Of a stretch of DNA of 32,000 bases, positions 9,089-16,986 are shown piece after piece. The translations under genes and the position numbers were made by a program. Position 1 is the stretch's first letter. Every line of letters begins with the position of its first letter. Below the pieces are notes generated by a model. That model had not been told where the DNA came from, searched no databases, and saw only the letters and a program-made list of their open reading frames with translations. Source of the DNA: Synechococcus sp. A15-28 (lineage in GTDB: Bacteria > Cyanobacteriota > Cyanobacteriia > PCC-6307 > Cyanobiaceae); contig NZ_CP047931.1 in NCBI RefSeq assembly GCF_014280175.1, positions 630,001 through 662,000 on the forward strand. Reading direction: 5' to 3'.

Positions 9089-9098
9089 GCATCTCTAG

Positions 9099-9124
9099 GT
9101 TCCGGCCATCAGCGTCTGTTCCGG
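9099..9124. repeat. Direct repeat GTTCCGG at 9099-9105 and 9118-9124 (19-nt period) in the helicase / 58-aa-ORF divergent spacer
   Basis: Read directly: GTTCCGGCCATCAGCGTCTGTTCCGGATCACCAGCC. A regulatory role is not demonstrated. Confidence 0.6.
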
Positions 9125-9144
9125 ATCACCAGCCGACTCCTGCC

Positions 9145-9321
9145 ATGGCCAAGGGCCGCCCATCACCTGAGCCCCTCGAGCAGTTGCGCCGTCAGCTCGA
9201 GCTCTGCTGGCAGGACGACTGTGACATCGACCATCTGATCCTGCGGGCCCGTCAGCTGCGTCGTTGGGGACGCTGGCGGCAGGCCCATGCTCTGGAGCAG
9301 GAAGTGTTGCCGATCGTCTGA
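9145..9321 (+). CDS. Hypothetical 58-aa basic protein
   Basis: ATG 9145 to TGA 9319-9321: MAKGRPSPEPLEQLRRQLELCWQDDCDIDHLILRARQLRRWGRWRQAHALEQEVLPIV. It fills an otherwise empty 250-bp gap, has GC-rich third positions, and is below the ORF-track cutoff. Confidence 0.4.
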   Translation: MAKGRPSPEPLEQLRRQLELCWQDDCDIDHLILRARQLRRWGRWRQAHALEQEVLPIV

Positions 9322-9323
9322 AG

Positions 9324-9929
9324 TCAGAGCGCTTCGGCGTGGTTCACCACCAGGCGTTCCACTTCCATCAGGGCTTCTTCCGCTGCCGTGTGAGCCGCAT
9401 CGAAGTTTCCTTGGGCTGACTCCAGCAATTGATGGGCCAGGCGATCCAGCAGCTCCTGTCGCTTCTCCGCGAGCATCGCCACGATCTCGTTCTCTACCAG
9501 GGTGCGCACCGCCTGGATGCGCAGATCATCTTCGCTGGCTTCAGCGAAGGTGCCTTGCACCAGTTCCTGGACGAACAGACGGTGCACCTCACTGCTGCGC
9601 AGGAAGCTCTCCGTGGCATTAATGATGCCGTCCACCAGCGTGCGATCCGGTTCTGATTCGCGCTCGTTGAGCTTGAACTCCCAGTCGAGATGGCGGCGCT
9701 GCCATCCCGCAGCATGCAGGCTCGGCATCACGCTCTGGGAAAAGCTGTCGACGGAGATCTCATAGATCCGCTCCGCCAGCCGCTCGCACCAGTCGCGTCC
9801 GTGCTCCTCAAGGGTGGACTGCATGGTCCGACGTTCCACGGAATGACCGCCGTGGTGGCTGTGGCAGACGCCGTCGGGACACTCGATTGCGCTGAGACCC
9901 ATGGAGAACACAAGATTCATCTGTCCCAT
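9324..9929 (-). CDS. Hypothetical acidic helical protein with N-terminal Cys/His cluster (CPDGVCHSHHGGH)
   Basis: Coding-like codon usage throughout. Start taken as ATG 9929 (alternatives 9920, 9902, 9824). The track's 10085 start would overlap the pntA start region. Confidence 0.6.
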   Translation of the reverse strand: MGQMNLVFSMGLSAIECPDGVCHSHHGGHSVERRTMQSTLEEHGRDWCERLAERIYEISVDSFSQSVMPSLHAAGWQRRHLDWEFKLNERESEPDRTLVDGIINATESFLRSSEVHRLFVQELVQGTFAEASEDDLRIQAVRTLVENEIVAMLAEKRQELLDRLAHQLLESAQGNFDAAHTAAEEALMEVERLVVNHAEAL

Positions 9930-10027
9930 AGCCAGGGCCGTTGATTGGCCTCTGCATTCTTCAGAAAAGTTCCGGGTCACCAGAAGGCGACCTTCTAATC
10001 TCAGGCCGGTCGGTGGTTGTCCTCGTC

Positions 10028-11167
10028 TTGCCCAGACTTCTAATACCGGTGGAGTCGACACCGGGGGAAACCCGGGTCGCGGCAACGCCCGACACGGTGA
10101 AGAAATTCATGTCCTTCGGCTGCGATGTTTCCTTGGAGCGCGGAGCCGGTACGTCGTCCGGATATCTCGATCAGGCCTATGCCGATCAGGGTGCGCAGTT
10201 GATCGACCCCGGTGATGCTGCCGGGTGGTCCCAGGCCGACATCCTTCTCTGTGTTCAACCGCCCTCCGCGGCCAGCCTGGCTCGCCTGCGGCAGGGTGCC
10301 TTGGTGGTGGGTTTGCTCTCCCCTTATGCCAACGAGGAGCTGACAGCAACCCTGAAGCACGGCGCGCTCTCGGCCATGGCCCTGGAGCTGTTGCCCCGAA
10401 TCAGCCGAGCGCAGTCAGCGGATGCCCTCTCGTCTCAGGCCAACATCGCCGGTTACAAGTCGGTGCTCCTCGCCTCAGCGGCCCTCGACCGCTATTTCCC
10501 CATGTTGATGACCGCCGCAGGCACGGTGCAGCCGGCCAAGGTGGTGATTCTTGGTGCTGGTGTGGCGGGCCTTCAGGCGGTGGCCACAGCACGCCGTCTC
10601 GGCGCTGTGGTCTACGTCAGCGACATCAGGCCCGCGGTCAAGGAACAGGTCGAATCCCTCGGTGCTCGTTTCATCGTGCCCCCTGAAATGGAGGACAAGC
10701 CCGCGGAATCCGGCGGCTACGCCAAGCAGGCCTCCGATGCGTTCCTGGCGGCCCAACGGCAGCAGCTTTCTGATCAGCTGGCTGAAGCGGACGTGGCCAT
10801 CTGCACGGCTCAGGTGCCTGGACGCCGCGCACCGCGTCTGATCAGTGAGGACATGCTCGATCGCATGCGCCCCGGAGCCGTGGTGGTGGACCTGGCGGTG
10901 GCCCAGGGCGGCAACTGCGCCGACACCGTTCCCGGTGAGACCGTGGACCGTAAGGGTGTGAAGCTGATCGGAGGCAACGATCTCCCCTGCAGCGTGCCCA
11001 ACCACGCCAGTGCGCTCTATGCGCGCAATCTGGTGGCTCTGCTGGAGCCCACCCTTAAGGACGGTGATCTCAAGCTCGACCTCGAGGATGAGTTGATCGC
11101 CGGTTGTCTTGTGGCCCATGACGGCAGCATCCGTCGCGGCGATGTTCTTACCCCTGGAGCGAGCTGA
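10028..11167 (+). CDS. pntA: NAD(P) transhydrogenase alpha subunit, part 1 (dI domain)
   Basis: LLIPVESTPGETRVAATPDTVKK matches the E. coli PntA N-terminus (IGIPRERLTNETRVAATPKTV). NAD Rossmann motif VVILGAGVAGLQA is present. TTG at 10028 is chosen by alignment; the track's TTG at 9941 is the longest option. Confidence 0.9.
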   Translation: MPRLLIPVESTPGETRVAATPDTVKKFMSFGCDVSLERGAGTSSGYLDQAYADQGAQLIDPGDAAGWSQADILLCVQPPSAASLARLRQGALVVGLLSPYANEELTATLKHGALSAMALELLPRISRAQSADALSSQANIAGYKSVLLASAALDRYFPMLMTAAGTVQPAKVVILGAGVAGLQAVATARRLGAVVYVSDIRPAVKEQVESLGARFIVPPEMEDKPAESGGYAKQASDAFLAAQRQQLSDQLAEADVAICTAQVPGRRAPRLISEDMLDRMRPGAVVVDLAVAQGGNCADTVPGETVDRKGVKLIGGNDLPCSVPNHASALYARNLVALLEPTLKDGDLKLDLEDELIAGCLVAHDGSIRRGDVLTPGAS

Positions 11168-11463
11168 TGTTGGTTGAATTCCTCTGGGTGCTGCTTCTCG
11201 GCAGCCTTCTCGGCCTTGAGCTCATCGGCAAGGTGCCTCCCACCCTGCACACGCCGCTGATGAGCGGCGCCAATGCCATCTCCGGAATCACGGTTCTAGC
11301 CGCGCTCACCCTGATGATCAAGGCCGGTGACAACACGGTGTTGCTGGTGCTGGGTGCCGTGTCTCTCGGTTTCGCTCTGTTCAATGTGATCGGTGGCTTC
11401 CTGGTCACCGACAGGATGCTGGCCATGTTCAGCCGTAAGCCCGCCCGCAAGGAGAACCGCTGA
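11167..11463 (+). CDS. pntA: NAD(P) transhydrogenase alpha subunit, part 2 (membrane segment)
   Basis: 98-aa, three-TM protein containing LMSGANAISGI, typical of split PntA. Its ATG overlaps the pntA TGA (TGATG at 11165-11169). Confidence 0.85.
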   Translation: MLVEFLWVLLLGSLLGLELIGKVPPTLHTPLMSGANAISGITVLAALTLMIKAGDNTVLLVLGAVSLGFALFNVIGGFLVTDRMLAMFSRKPARKENR

Positions 11464-12887
11464 TGTCCGTTTCGCTGATCCTCAAATACGCGATCGAACT
11501 GGTTGCGGTTCTGCTGCTGGCCCTGGGCATCAAGGGCCTCTCCAAGGTGCGCTCGGCCCGCGGTGCCAATCAGCTGGCCGCCGTGGCCATGGCCCTGGCG
11601 GTGCTCGGGTTGCTGATTAATTACGCCGGTGATGGTGGAATTGCCGCCAGCGCCTGGATCTGGATCATCGCCGGCACCCTGGCTGGTGGAATCCTCGGTG
11701 CCATCACGGCGCAACGGGTCCCGATGACCTCCATGCCGGAGACCGTCGCCCTGTTCAACGGCTGCGGCGGGATGTCCTCTTTGCTGGTGGCCCTCGGCGT
11801 TGCGCTGTTCCCAGAAGCCGGTGGTTCAGATCTGGTGGCGGTCGTGTCGATCGTCGTGTCTGTGTTCGTTGGTGCGATCACCTTCACGGGTTCGATCGTG
11901 GCCATGGCCAAGCTTCAGGGCTGGCTTTCCACACCGGCCTGGATGCAGAGCCGCCTGCGCCATGCGGTGAACATTGCCCTGGCGGTGCTCTCCCTGGTGG
12001 CAGCGGTCAAGTTGATTGCCTCCGGCGAGGGGGGCCAGGGTCTGTGGTTGCTGGTGATTGGCTCAGGTCTGCTCGGCGTCGGCGTGACGCTGCCCATCGG
12101 TGGTGCCGATATGCCGGTGGTGATCTCTCTGCTGAACAGTTATTCCGGTGTCGCGGCGGCCGCGGCTGGCTTCGTTGTCGGGAGTCAGCTGTTGATCGTG
12201 GCCGGGGCCATGGTCGGGGCCGCCGGTTTGATCCTCACCCAGGTGATGTGCGATGGCATGAATCGCTCGCTGGTGTCGGTGCTGTTCGGTGGGGCTCTGG
12301 GGGCTTCATCCGGTGGCGGCGGTGGTGGCGGGGAATACACCAACATCACCAGCTGCAGTGCCGAGGAATGTGCACTCACCCTCGAGGCCGCTGAGCGGGT
12401 GATCATTGTTCCCGGCTATGGCCTGGCGGTGGCCCAGGCCCAGCACACCCTGCGCGAGGTGACCCGCGTGCTGGAAAGCGCCGGCGTCGATGTGGCCTAC
12501 GCCATTCACCCTGTGGCTGGCCGGATGCCCGGCCACATGAACGTGCTGCTGGCCGAGGCCGATGTGCCCTATGAGCAGCTCAAGGAAATGGATCAGATCA
12601 ACCCTGAGTTTCCCGCCACCGATGTGGTGCTGGTTCTTGGGGCCAACGACGTGGTTAATCCCCAGGCCAAGAACGATTCCAGTTCCCCGCTCTACGGCAT
12701 GCCTGTTCTCGATGTTCAGGAAGCCCGCACGGTGTTTGTCGTGAAGCGCGGCATGAGTGCTGGCTACTCGGGCATCAAGAACGATCTGTTTGAACTGGCG
12801 AACACCTCGATGGTGTTCGGTGATGCCAAGAAGGTGCTTGGCGATCTGCTCACGGAACTCAAGGATCTCGGACTGGGCAAGAAGTGA
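11463..12887 (+). CDS. pntB: NAD(P) transhydrogenase beta subunit
   Basis: 474 aa: an N-terminal multi-TM domain, then a dIII NADP(H) domain with PGYGLAVAQAQH, HPVAGRMPGHMNVLLAEA and GANDVVNP. TGATG overlap with the upstream gene at 11461-11465. Confidence 0.9.
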   Translation: MSVSLILKYAIELVAVLLLALGIKGLSKVRSARGANQLAAVAMALAVLGLLINYAGDGGIAASAWIWIIAGTLAGGILGAITAQRVPMTSMPETVALFNGCGGMSSLLVALGVALFPEAGGSDLVAVVSIVVSVFVGAITFTGSIVAMAKLQGWLSTPAWMQSRLRHAVNIALAVLSLVAAVKLIASGEGGQGLWLLVIGSGLLGVGVTLPIGGADMPVVISLLNSYSGVAAAAAGFVVGSQLLIVAGAMVGAAGLILTQVMCDGMNRSLVSVLFGGALGASSGGGGGGGEYTNITSCSAEECALTLEAAERVIIVPGYGLAVAQAQHTLREVTRVLESAGVDVAYAIHPVAGRMPGHMNVLLAEADVPYEQLKEMDQINPEFPATDVVLVLGANDVVNPQAKNDSSSPLYGMPVLDVQEARTVFVVKRGMSAGYSGIKNDLFELANTSMVFGDAKKVLGDLLTELKDLGLGKK

Positions 12888-14014
12888 TTGTGCCTGGATC
12901 GAACGACCCCCGGTTGCTGCAGCAGCTGGGGGTTGAATCGTTTCAGCAGCGCCTTCCCTGGATCGGTGGAGATCTGCAGACCCTGAGGGACACCCTCAGA
13001 CCCGTGGAGCTGCCCACCGATCGGGGGGATCCCGTTCAGATTTCAGTGCCGGCCCTGGCCAGTGGGGCTGCCGAACCTGGCGAACTGCTGGCCTATCTGG
13101 ATCGTCCTCTTGGCGATGGTGATGCTGACTCACCACCAGCGCCGAAGGCCTTGGTGGTGGTCTTGCATGGGTTAGGGGGCTCCAGCCGCCGAGAGGGACT
13201 GCGCCGCCTGACCCTCAGCCTGCAAGGGGCCGGGTTTGCTGTATTGCGGCTGAATCTGCGTGGTGCCGACCCTGGCCGCCATTTGGCTGGCGGCACCTAC
13301 GCAGCCGCTTGCAACAGTGATCTGCTGCCGGTGCTGGAGCGGGCTCGGCATCTGGCTGCGGCATTGGCGCGGGAGGCCGGCCGCGCAAAGCCATTGCCGC
13401 TTTGGGGCGCGGGAATCTCCCTGGGGGGAACGATGCTGCTGAATGCCTGTCTTGATCAGAGAGGCGCCCTGGATGCCTTGTTTTGTGCCAGCAGCCCGCT
13501 GGACCTGGCCGCCTGCAGCGCGTCGATTGAACGGCCGCGCAACCGCATCTATCAACGTTGGCTGTTGCAGCGATTGGTGCGCCAGACCCTCGCCGATCCC
13601 TTCGGTGTGACGGCTCTTGAGGAGCAGCAGCTTCGGGACGATCCGCCAGGGTCGATTCGCGCTTTTGATGCTGCTGTCACCGCGCCGCGTTGGGGCTTTG
13701 CCTCAGTGGAGGATTACTACGTTGGTGCATCTCCTCTGCCACGGTTGATCACGTCATTGAAGCTCCTGCCACCCACGTTGTTGCTGCAGGCTCTTGATGA
13801 TCCCTGGGTCCCTGCCGACTCAGCGATCCAATTGCAGGCCTCATTGGCTGAACGTCAACTGTCAGGGCCAGAGCAGACGCTTCAGATTCAGTTGACAGCC
13901 CGAGGTGGGCACAACGGATTTCATTCACCCGGTGACAATCTCATCCACGGCTGCTGGTCGGATCGCTTGGCGTGCGCCTGGTTCAACGGCAGACTTTCGT
14001 GGAACAAGACTTGA
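12884..14014 (+). CDS. YheT-like (COG0429-type) alpha/beta hydrolase
   Basis: GGDLQTL near the N-terminus, VVVLHGLGGSS, nucleophile elbow GISLGG, and DDPWVP and GGHNGF near the C-terminus. GTG start at 12884 overlaps the pntB TGA (GTGA). Confidence 0.8.
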   Translation: MIVPGSNDPRLLQQLGVESFQQRLPWIGGDLQTLRDTLRPVELPTDRGDPVQISVPALASGAAEPGELLAYLDRPLGDGDADSPPAPKALVVVLHGLGGSSRREGLRRLTLSLQGAGFAVLRLNLRGADPGRHLAGGTYAAACNSDLLPVLERARHLAAALAREAGRAKPLPLWGAGISLGGTMLLNACLDQRGALDALFCASSPLDLAACSASIERPRNRIYQRWLLQRLVRQTLADPFGVTALEEQQLRDDPPGSIRAFDAAVTAPRWGFASVEDYYVGASPLPRLITSLKLLPPTLLLQALDDPWVPADSAIQLQASLAERQLSGPEQTLQIQLTARGGHNGFHSPGDNLIHGCWSDRLACAWFNGRLSWNKT

Positions 14015-14039
14015 ATCAAGTTATTGAATTCAATCATTC

Positions 14040-15233
14040 TCAGTAATAGAAAGCCCGATCCGATGGGTTTTGATAAACAGCACCACCACAAGCTGTAGCA
14101 ACGCGCCACAGAGCTTTGTGAATCGGGGTTGAGTCGTAGCGAACCAGGTGGGGGAAGCGCTGTCTCAAGAGGGCTGTTCCTTTCCAGGCGTTGTAGTGGG
14201 GGATCGCAGAATTCACGTGGTGGCAAACGTGGGTTGAGCCGATGCCGTGATGCAGAAAATTCACAACAGGACCGTAGGGTCGATCCACTGTCTGAAGTGC
14301 ACCTTTTGCCCAGGTCCAAGTTTCATTTGAGAAATGGGGAATATTGCGGTCTGTATGTTGCAACCAGGTGTAAGTCGTGAGCCAGACATTGATCACGAGG
14401 TAGGGGAGCCCGTAGAGACAGGCGATCCTTGCAAGGGAAAAGTGGATCGATGCCCATACGAGAAGGCAGATCGTCGCGACCAAACCAAGGTTCGAACGCA
14501 CCATGAATTTGCGGAACGAATCAGGAAACAAGTCGCGTTTGCCGTTTTTAAAGGGTGCACCATTCCAGAAGTGAGAGGTGGGGAAGCCATGATCCTCGCC
14601 ACCCGTTGCGCCGAGGAATAAATACAGCTGCCAGCCAATGATCAGGTGATTGAACAGGGAAACCAGGCCAAACACACGCGTGTCAAGTTTGCGTTTCAGT
14701 CCTTCTGTCGCTTGTCCTTGGGGAGAGCTTTCTCTGGGAGGGACGTGGGTTTCTCCACCTTCAAGATGGTTGCAATGGGCGTGGTGAACAGCGTGACTGC
14801 GAACCCAGCTGTAGTACGGAACCAGTAGTGCACTGTGCAGAACAAAACCCACGACGCCTTCGATCCGTCTGTTGGGATGGAAAGCGTTATGGCCACACTC
14901 GTGGGCCAGGACCCAGCAACCCATGGCAATGGTGCCTGTAACGGCGCCGTAGAGAATCCAGAGCGGGAGGGCCGAGAGGGTGAGAGGGATGGTTGTGCCA
15001 ATGCCAACCGCTGCAATGGAGAGACCAACCGACATCACCAGGCTGCCCCAGGCTTTGACGGGATTGAATTGAGTCAGCTCGGCCGGAAGAGCGCTCAAAA
15101 GCTCGGCTTTGCTCGGATAGATCGTTGCTTTATCAATCAACGTGTCAGCGGTTTGTTGTCGCGCTCTTATGGGATTTGTAAGTGTCAAATGAAGAATAGC
15201 GCTAGGGCGACGCCGACTGATTTTAGATTTCAT
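14040..15233 (-). CDS. desA: Membrane acyl-lipid fatty-acid desaturase, Delta12 (DesA)-like
   Basis: Three His boxes (HECGH, HAVHH, HVCHH) plus WLQHTD, and hydrophobic segments. ATG at 15233. The gene is visibly AT-richer than its neighbours. Confidence 0.85.
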   Translation of the reverse strand: MKSKISRRRPSAILHLTLTNPIRARQQTADTLIDKATIYPSKAELLSALPAELTQFNPVKAWGSLVMSVGLSIAAVGIGTTIPLTLSALPLWILYGAVTGTIAMGCWVLAHECGHNAFHPNRRIEGVVGFVLHSALLVPYYSWVRSHAVHHAHCNHLEGGETHVPPRESSPQGQATEGLKRKLDTRVFGLVSLFNHLIIGWQLYLFLGATGGEDHGFPTSHFWNGAPFKNGKRDLFPDSFRKFMVRSNLGLVATICLLVWASIHFSLARIACLYGLPYLVINVWLTTYTWLQHTDRNIPHFSNETWTWAKGALQTVDRPYGPVVNFLHHGIGSTHVCHHVNSAIPHYNAWKGTALLRQRFPHLVRYDSTPIHKALWRVATACGGAVYQNPSDRAFYY

Positions 15234-15321
15234 TAAGACTCTAGACGATGGGTTTCGCGGCTGTGGCTAGCAGGGGAAGCCCATCATTGAGTTGACTGAA
15301 CTGAGCCAGGTGCAGGGACGT

Positions 15322-15666
15322 TTAGTTGGCTTGGAAAGGAGTTGTTTTATAAATCCACTCCTGCACCGGTTTCTGTTGGATGATGTGTTGATCAATGATG
15401 CATTCGATCTTGTCGATCGTGACATCGGCATACCAGATACCGTCTGGCCAAACCAAAAGAATCGGTCCCTTTTCGCAGACCCTCAGGCAGTCAACTTTGC
15501 TTCTTAGAACAAGTCCTTCCGGTCGGTCTTGCTTCTCAAGACCAAGCTCCCTGATCAGCCTTTTAAGTTCATTCCACGTTGCTAAACCCTCGTTCGGATC
15601 GCAGCACTTTGCTTTGGTTGGTGTGGCGCAAAGCAGCAGGTGATGGCTGACCCGATTCGCGTTCAT
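15322..15666 (-). CDS. Thioredoxin-like [2Fe-2S] ferredoxin-domain protein (COG3411-like)
   Basis: [22 protein letters not shown]...[22 protein letters not shown] has the Cys pattern and a PDG.WY motif typical of thioredoxin-like 2Fe-2S ferredoxins. ATG at 15666 overlaps the dxr stop (ATGA). Confidence 0.65.
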   Translation of the reverse strand: MNANRVSHHLLLCATPTKAKCCDPNEGLATWNELKRLIRELGLEKQDRPEGLVLRSKVDCLRVCEKGPILLVWPDGIWYADVTIDKIECIIDQHIIQQKPVQEWIYKTTPFQAN

Positions 15667-16907
15667 GCCGCCAGGGCGACCGAAGGAAGTCGAGTCGTGC
15701 CGCGCTTGACCTGTTCCCTTACAGCCAGACGCGCCCACTGATCAACGGCCAGCACGTCATCAAGCTGGGGATGGCTGATCAGATCCGATTTATGGTGTTC
15801 GCAGGCGGCCTCGATCACCTCAGGGATGTCGAGGAAGTGGATTTTTTCCTCAAGGAATTGGGCGACCGCTTCTTCGTTAGCAGCATTCATCACTGCAGGC
15901 ATCGTGCCGCCGGCGCGCCCCGCCGCGTAGGCCAGTTGCATGCAGGGGTATTTGGCGGGATCGGGAGCCCGGAACGTGAGTTGCCCCACTTCCGTGAGAT
16001 CCAGCCGACGCCACGGGGTCTCCAATCTGGATGGCCAACTCAGGCAATACAAGATTGGCAACTTCATGTCGGGCCACCCGAGTTGGGCCAGGACGGAGGA
16101 ATCCGCCAGTTCGATCATCGAGTGGATGATGCTCTGGGGGTGGATCACGATTTCGATGTGGTCGTAATCCAAGCCGAACAGATAGTGGGCTTCGATCACT
16201 TCAAGCCCTTTGTTCATCAGCGAGGCTGAATCCACCGTGATCTTGCGTCCCATGCTCCAGTTGGGATGGCTGGTGGCATCGGCCACGGTGGCGTTCTCAA
16301 GATCTTCCGCCTTCCAGTCGCGGAAGGCTCCACCGGAGGCCGTGAGCTGAATCCGCCGCAAGCCAGGGGTGGGGACACCGGTGGAGAGCCGGGCGTTCTC
16401 GGCCCAGGGGGTTCCCTGCAGGCACTGGAAGATGGCCGAGTGTTCCGAGTCCGCCGGCAGCAGCCTGCTGCCGCTCTTCTTGAGTTCCGGCAGCACAACA
16501 GGACCAGCTGCGATCAACGTCTCCTTGTTGGCCAGGGCCAGATCCTTGCCAGCCCGGATGGCGGCCAGGGTTGGCAGCAGGCCGGCGCAGCCGACAATGC
16601 CGGTGACCACCAGATCAGCGCTGTCCCAAGACGCTGCGATGTTCAGGCCATCGGGACCGCCCACAAGCTGAGGGCACTTTCGATCGCTGCCGAGAGCATC
16701 GAGCCGCTGCTGCAGCTCCGGCAGAAGATCAGCATTGGCAAGGGCCACCAGCTCGGGCTGGTGACGTTGGATCTGCTGCACCAGCAGGTCCAGGTTCCGC
16801 CCTGCCGTAAGCGCCACGACGCGGAACTGTTCGGGGAATTCCTCGGCGATCTGAAGGGTCTGGGTACCGATCGAGCCCGTGGAGCCCAGCACGCTGATGG
16901 CTTTCAC
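15663..16907 (-). CDS. dxr: 1-deoxy-D-xylulose 5-phosphate reductoisomerase
   Basis: [18 protein letters not shown] (NADPH motif), [36 protein letters not shown] at 16907 is chosen by alignment to the Dxr N-terminus. The track's 17060 start adds 51 non-conserved residues. Confidence 0.9.
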   Translation of the reverse strand: MKAISVLGSTGSIGTQTLQIAEEFPEQFRVVALTAGRNLDLLVQQIQRHQPELVALANADLLPELQQRLDALGSDRKCPQLVGGPDGLNIAASWDSADLVVTGIVGCAGLLPTLAAIRAGKDLALANKETLIAAGPVVLPELKKSGSRLLPADSEHSAIFQCLQGTPWAENARLSTGVPTPGLRRIQLTASGGAFRDWKAEDLENATVADATSHPNWSMGRKITVDSASLMNKGLEVIEAHYLFGLDYDHIEIVIHPQSIIHSMIELADSSVLAQLGWPDMKLPILYCLSWPSRLETPWRRLDLTEVGQLTFRAPDPAKYPCMQLAYAAGRAGGTMPAVMNAANEEAVAQFLEEKIHFLDIPEVIEAACEHHKSDLISHPQLDDVLAVDQWARLAVREQVKRGTTRLPSVALAA

Positions 16908-16924
16908 GCTGATGCGGCAGTTGG

Positions 16925-16983
16925 ACCAAGTCTCCCACCAAGGGCGGCGAACGCTGGCAAGCTGGCCCACAGCATGTACCAAG
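16925..16983. repeat. Hexamer ACCAAG three times (16925, 16937, 16978) in the dxr/SNF divergent spacer
   Basis: Read directly from the sequence. No function demonstrated. Confidence 0.6.
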
Positions 16984-16986
16984 CCT

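Noticed and set aside
9930-10085. Longest-ORF start (10085) for the Cys/His-motif protein and longest start (9941) for pntA
   Set aside because: Using both would make the divergent genes overlap by about 145 nt. Alignment of PntA to the E. coli N-terminus supports TTG at 10028, and internal ATGs at 9929/9920/9902 fit the other gene.
14023-14034. Perfect 12-nt palindrome ATTGAATTCAAT in the 25-nt convergent gap between the YheT-like hydrolase and desA
   Set aside because: It is AT-rich, has no loop, and is too short to form a stable terminator hairpin. It contains an EcoRI site but nothing supports a function.
15250-15290. Weak stem GATGGG...CCCATC between the ferredoxin-like gene and desA
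   Set aside because: It has a 6-bp stem with a ~27-nt loop and no U-tract. It is not a convincing terminator or riboswitch, and the region more likely just holds the desA promoter or 5' UTR.
16912-16986. ATG at 16912 as the start of the SNF transporter
   Set aside because: It would leave 4 nt between divergent start codons and add 25 non-conserved residues. GTG at 16987 gives the canonical [21 protein letters not shown]-terminus. It is kept only as an alternative.
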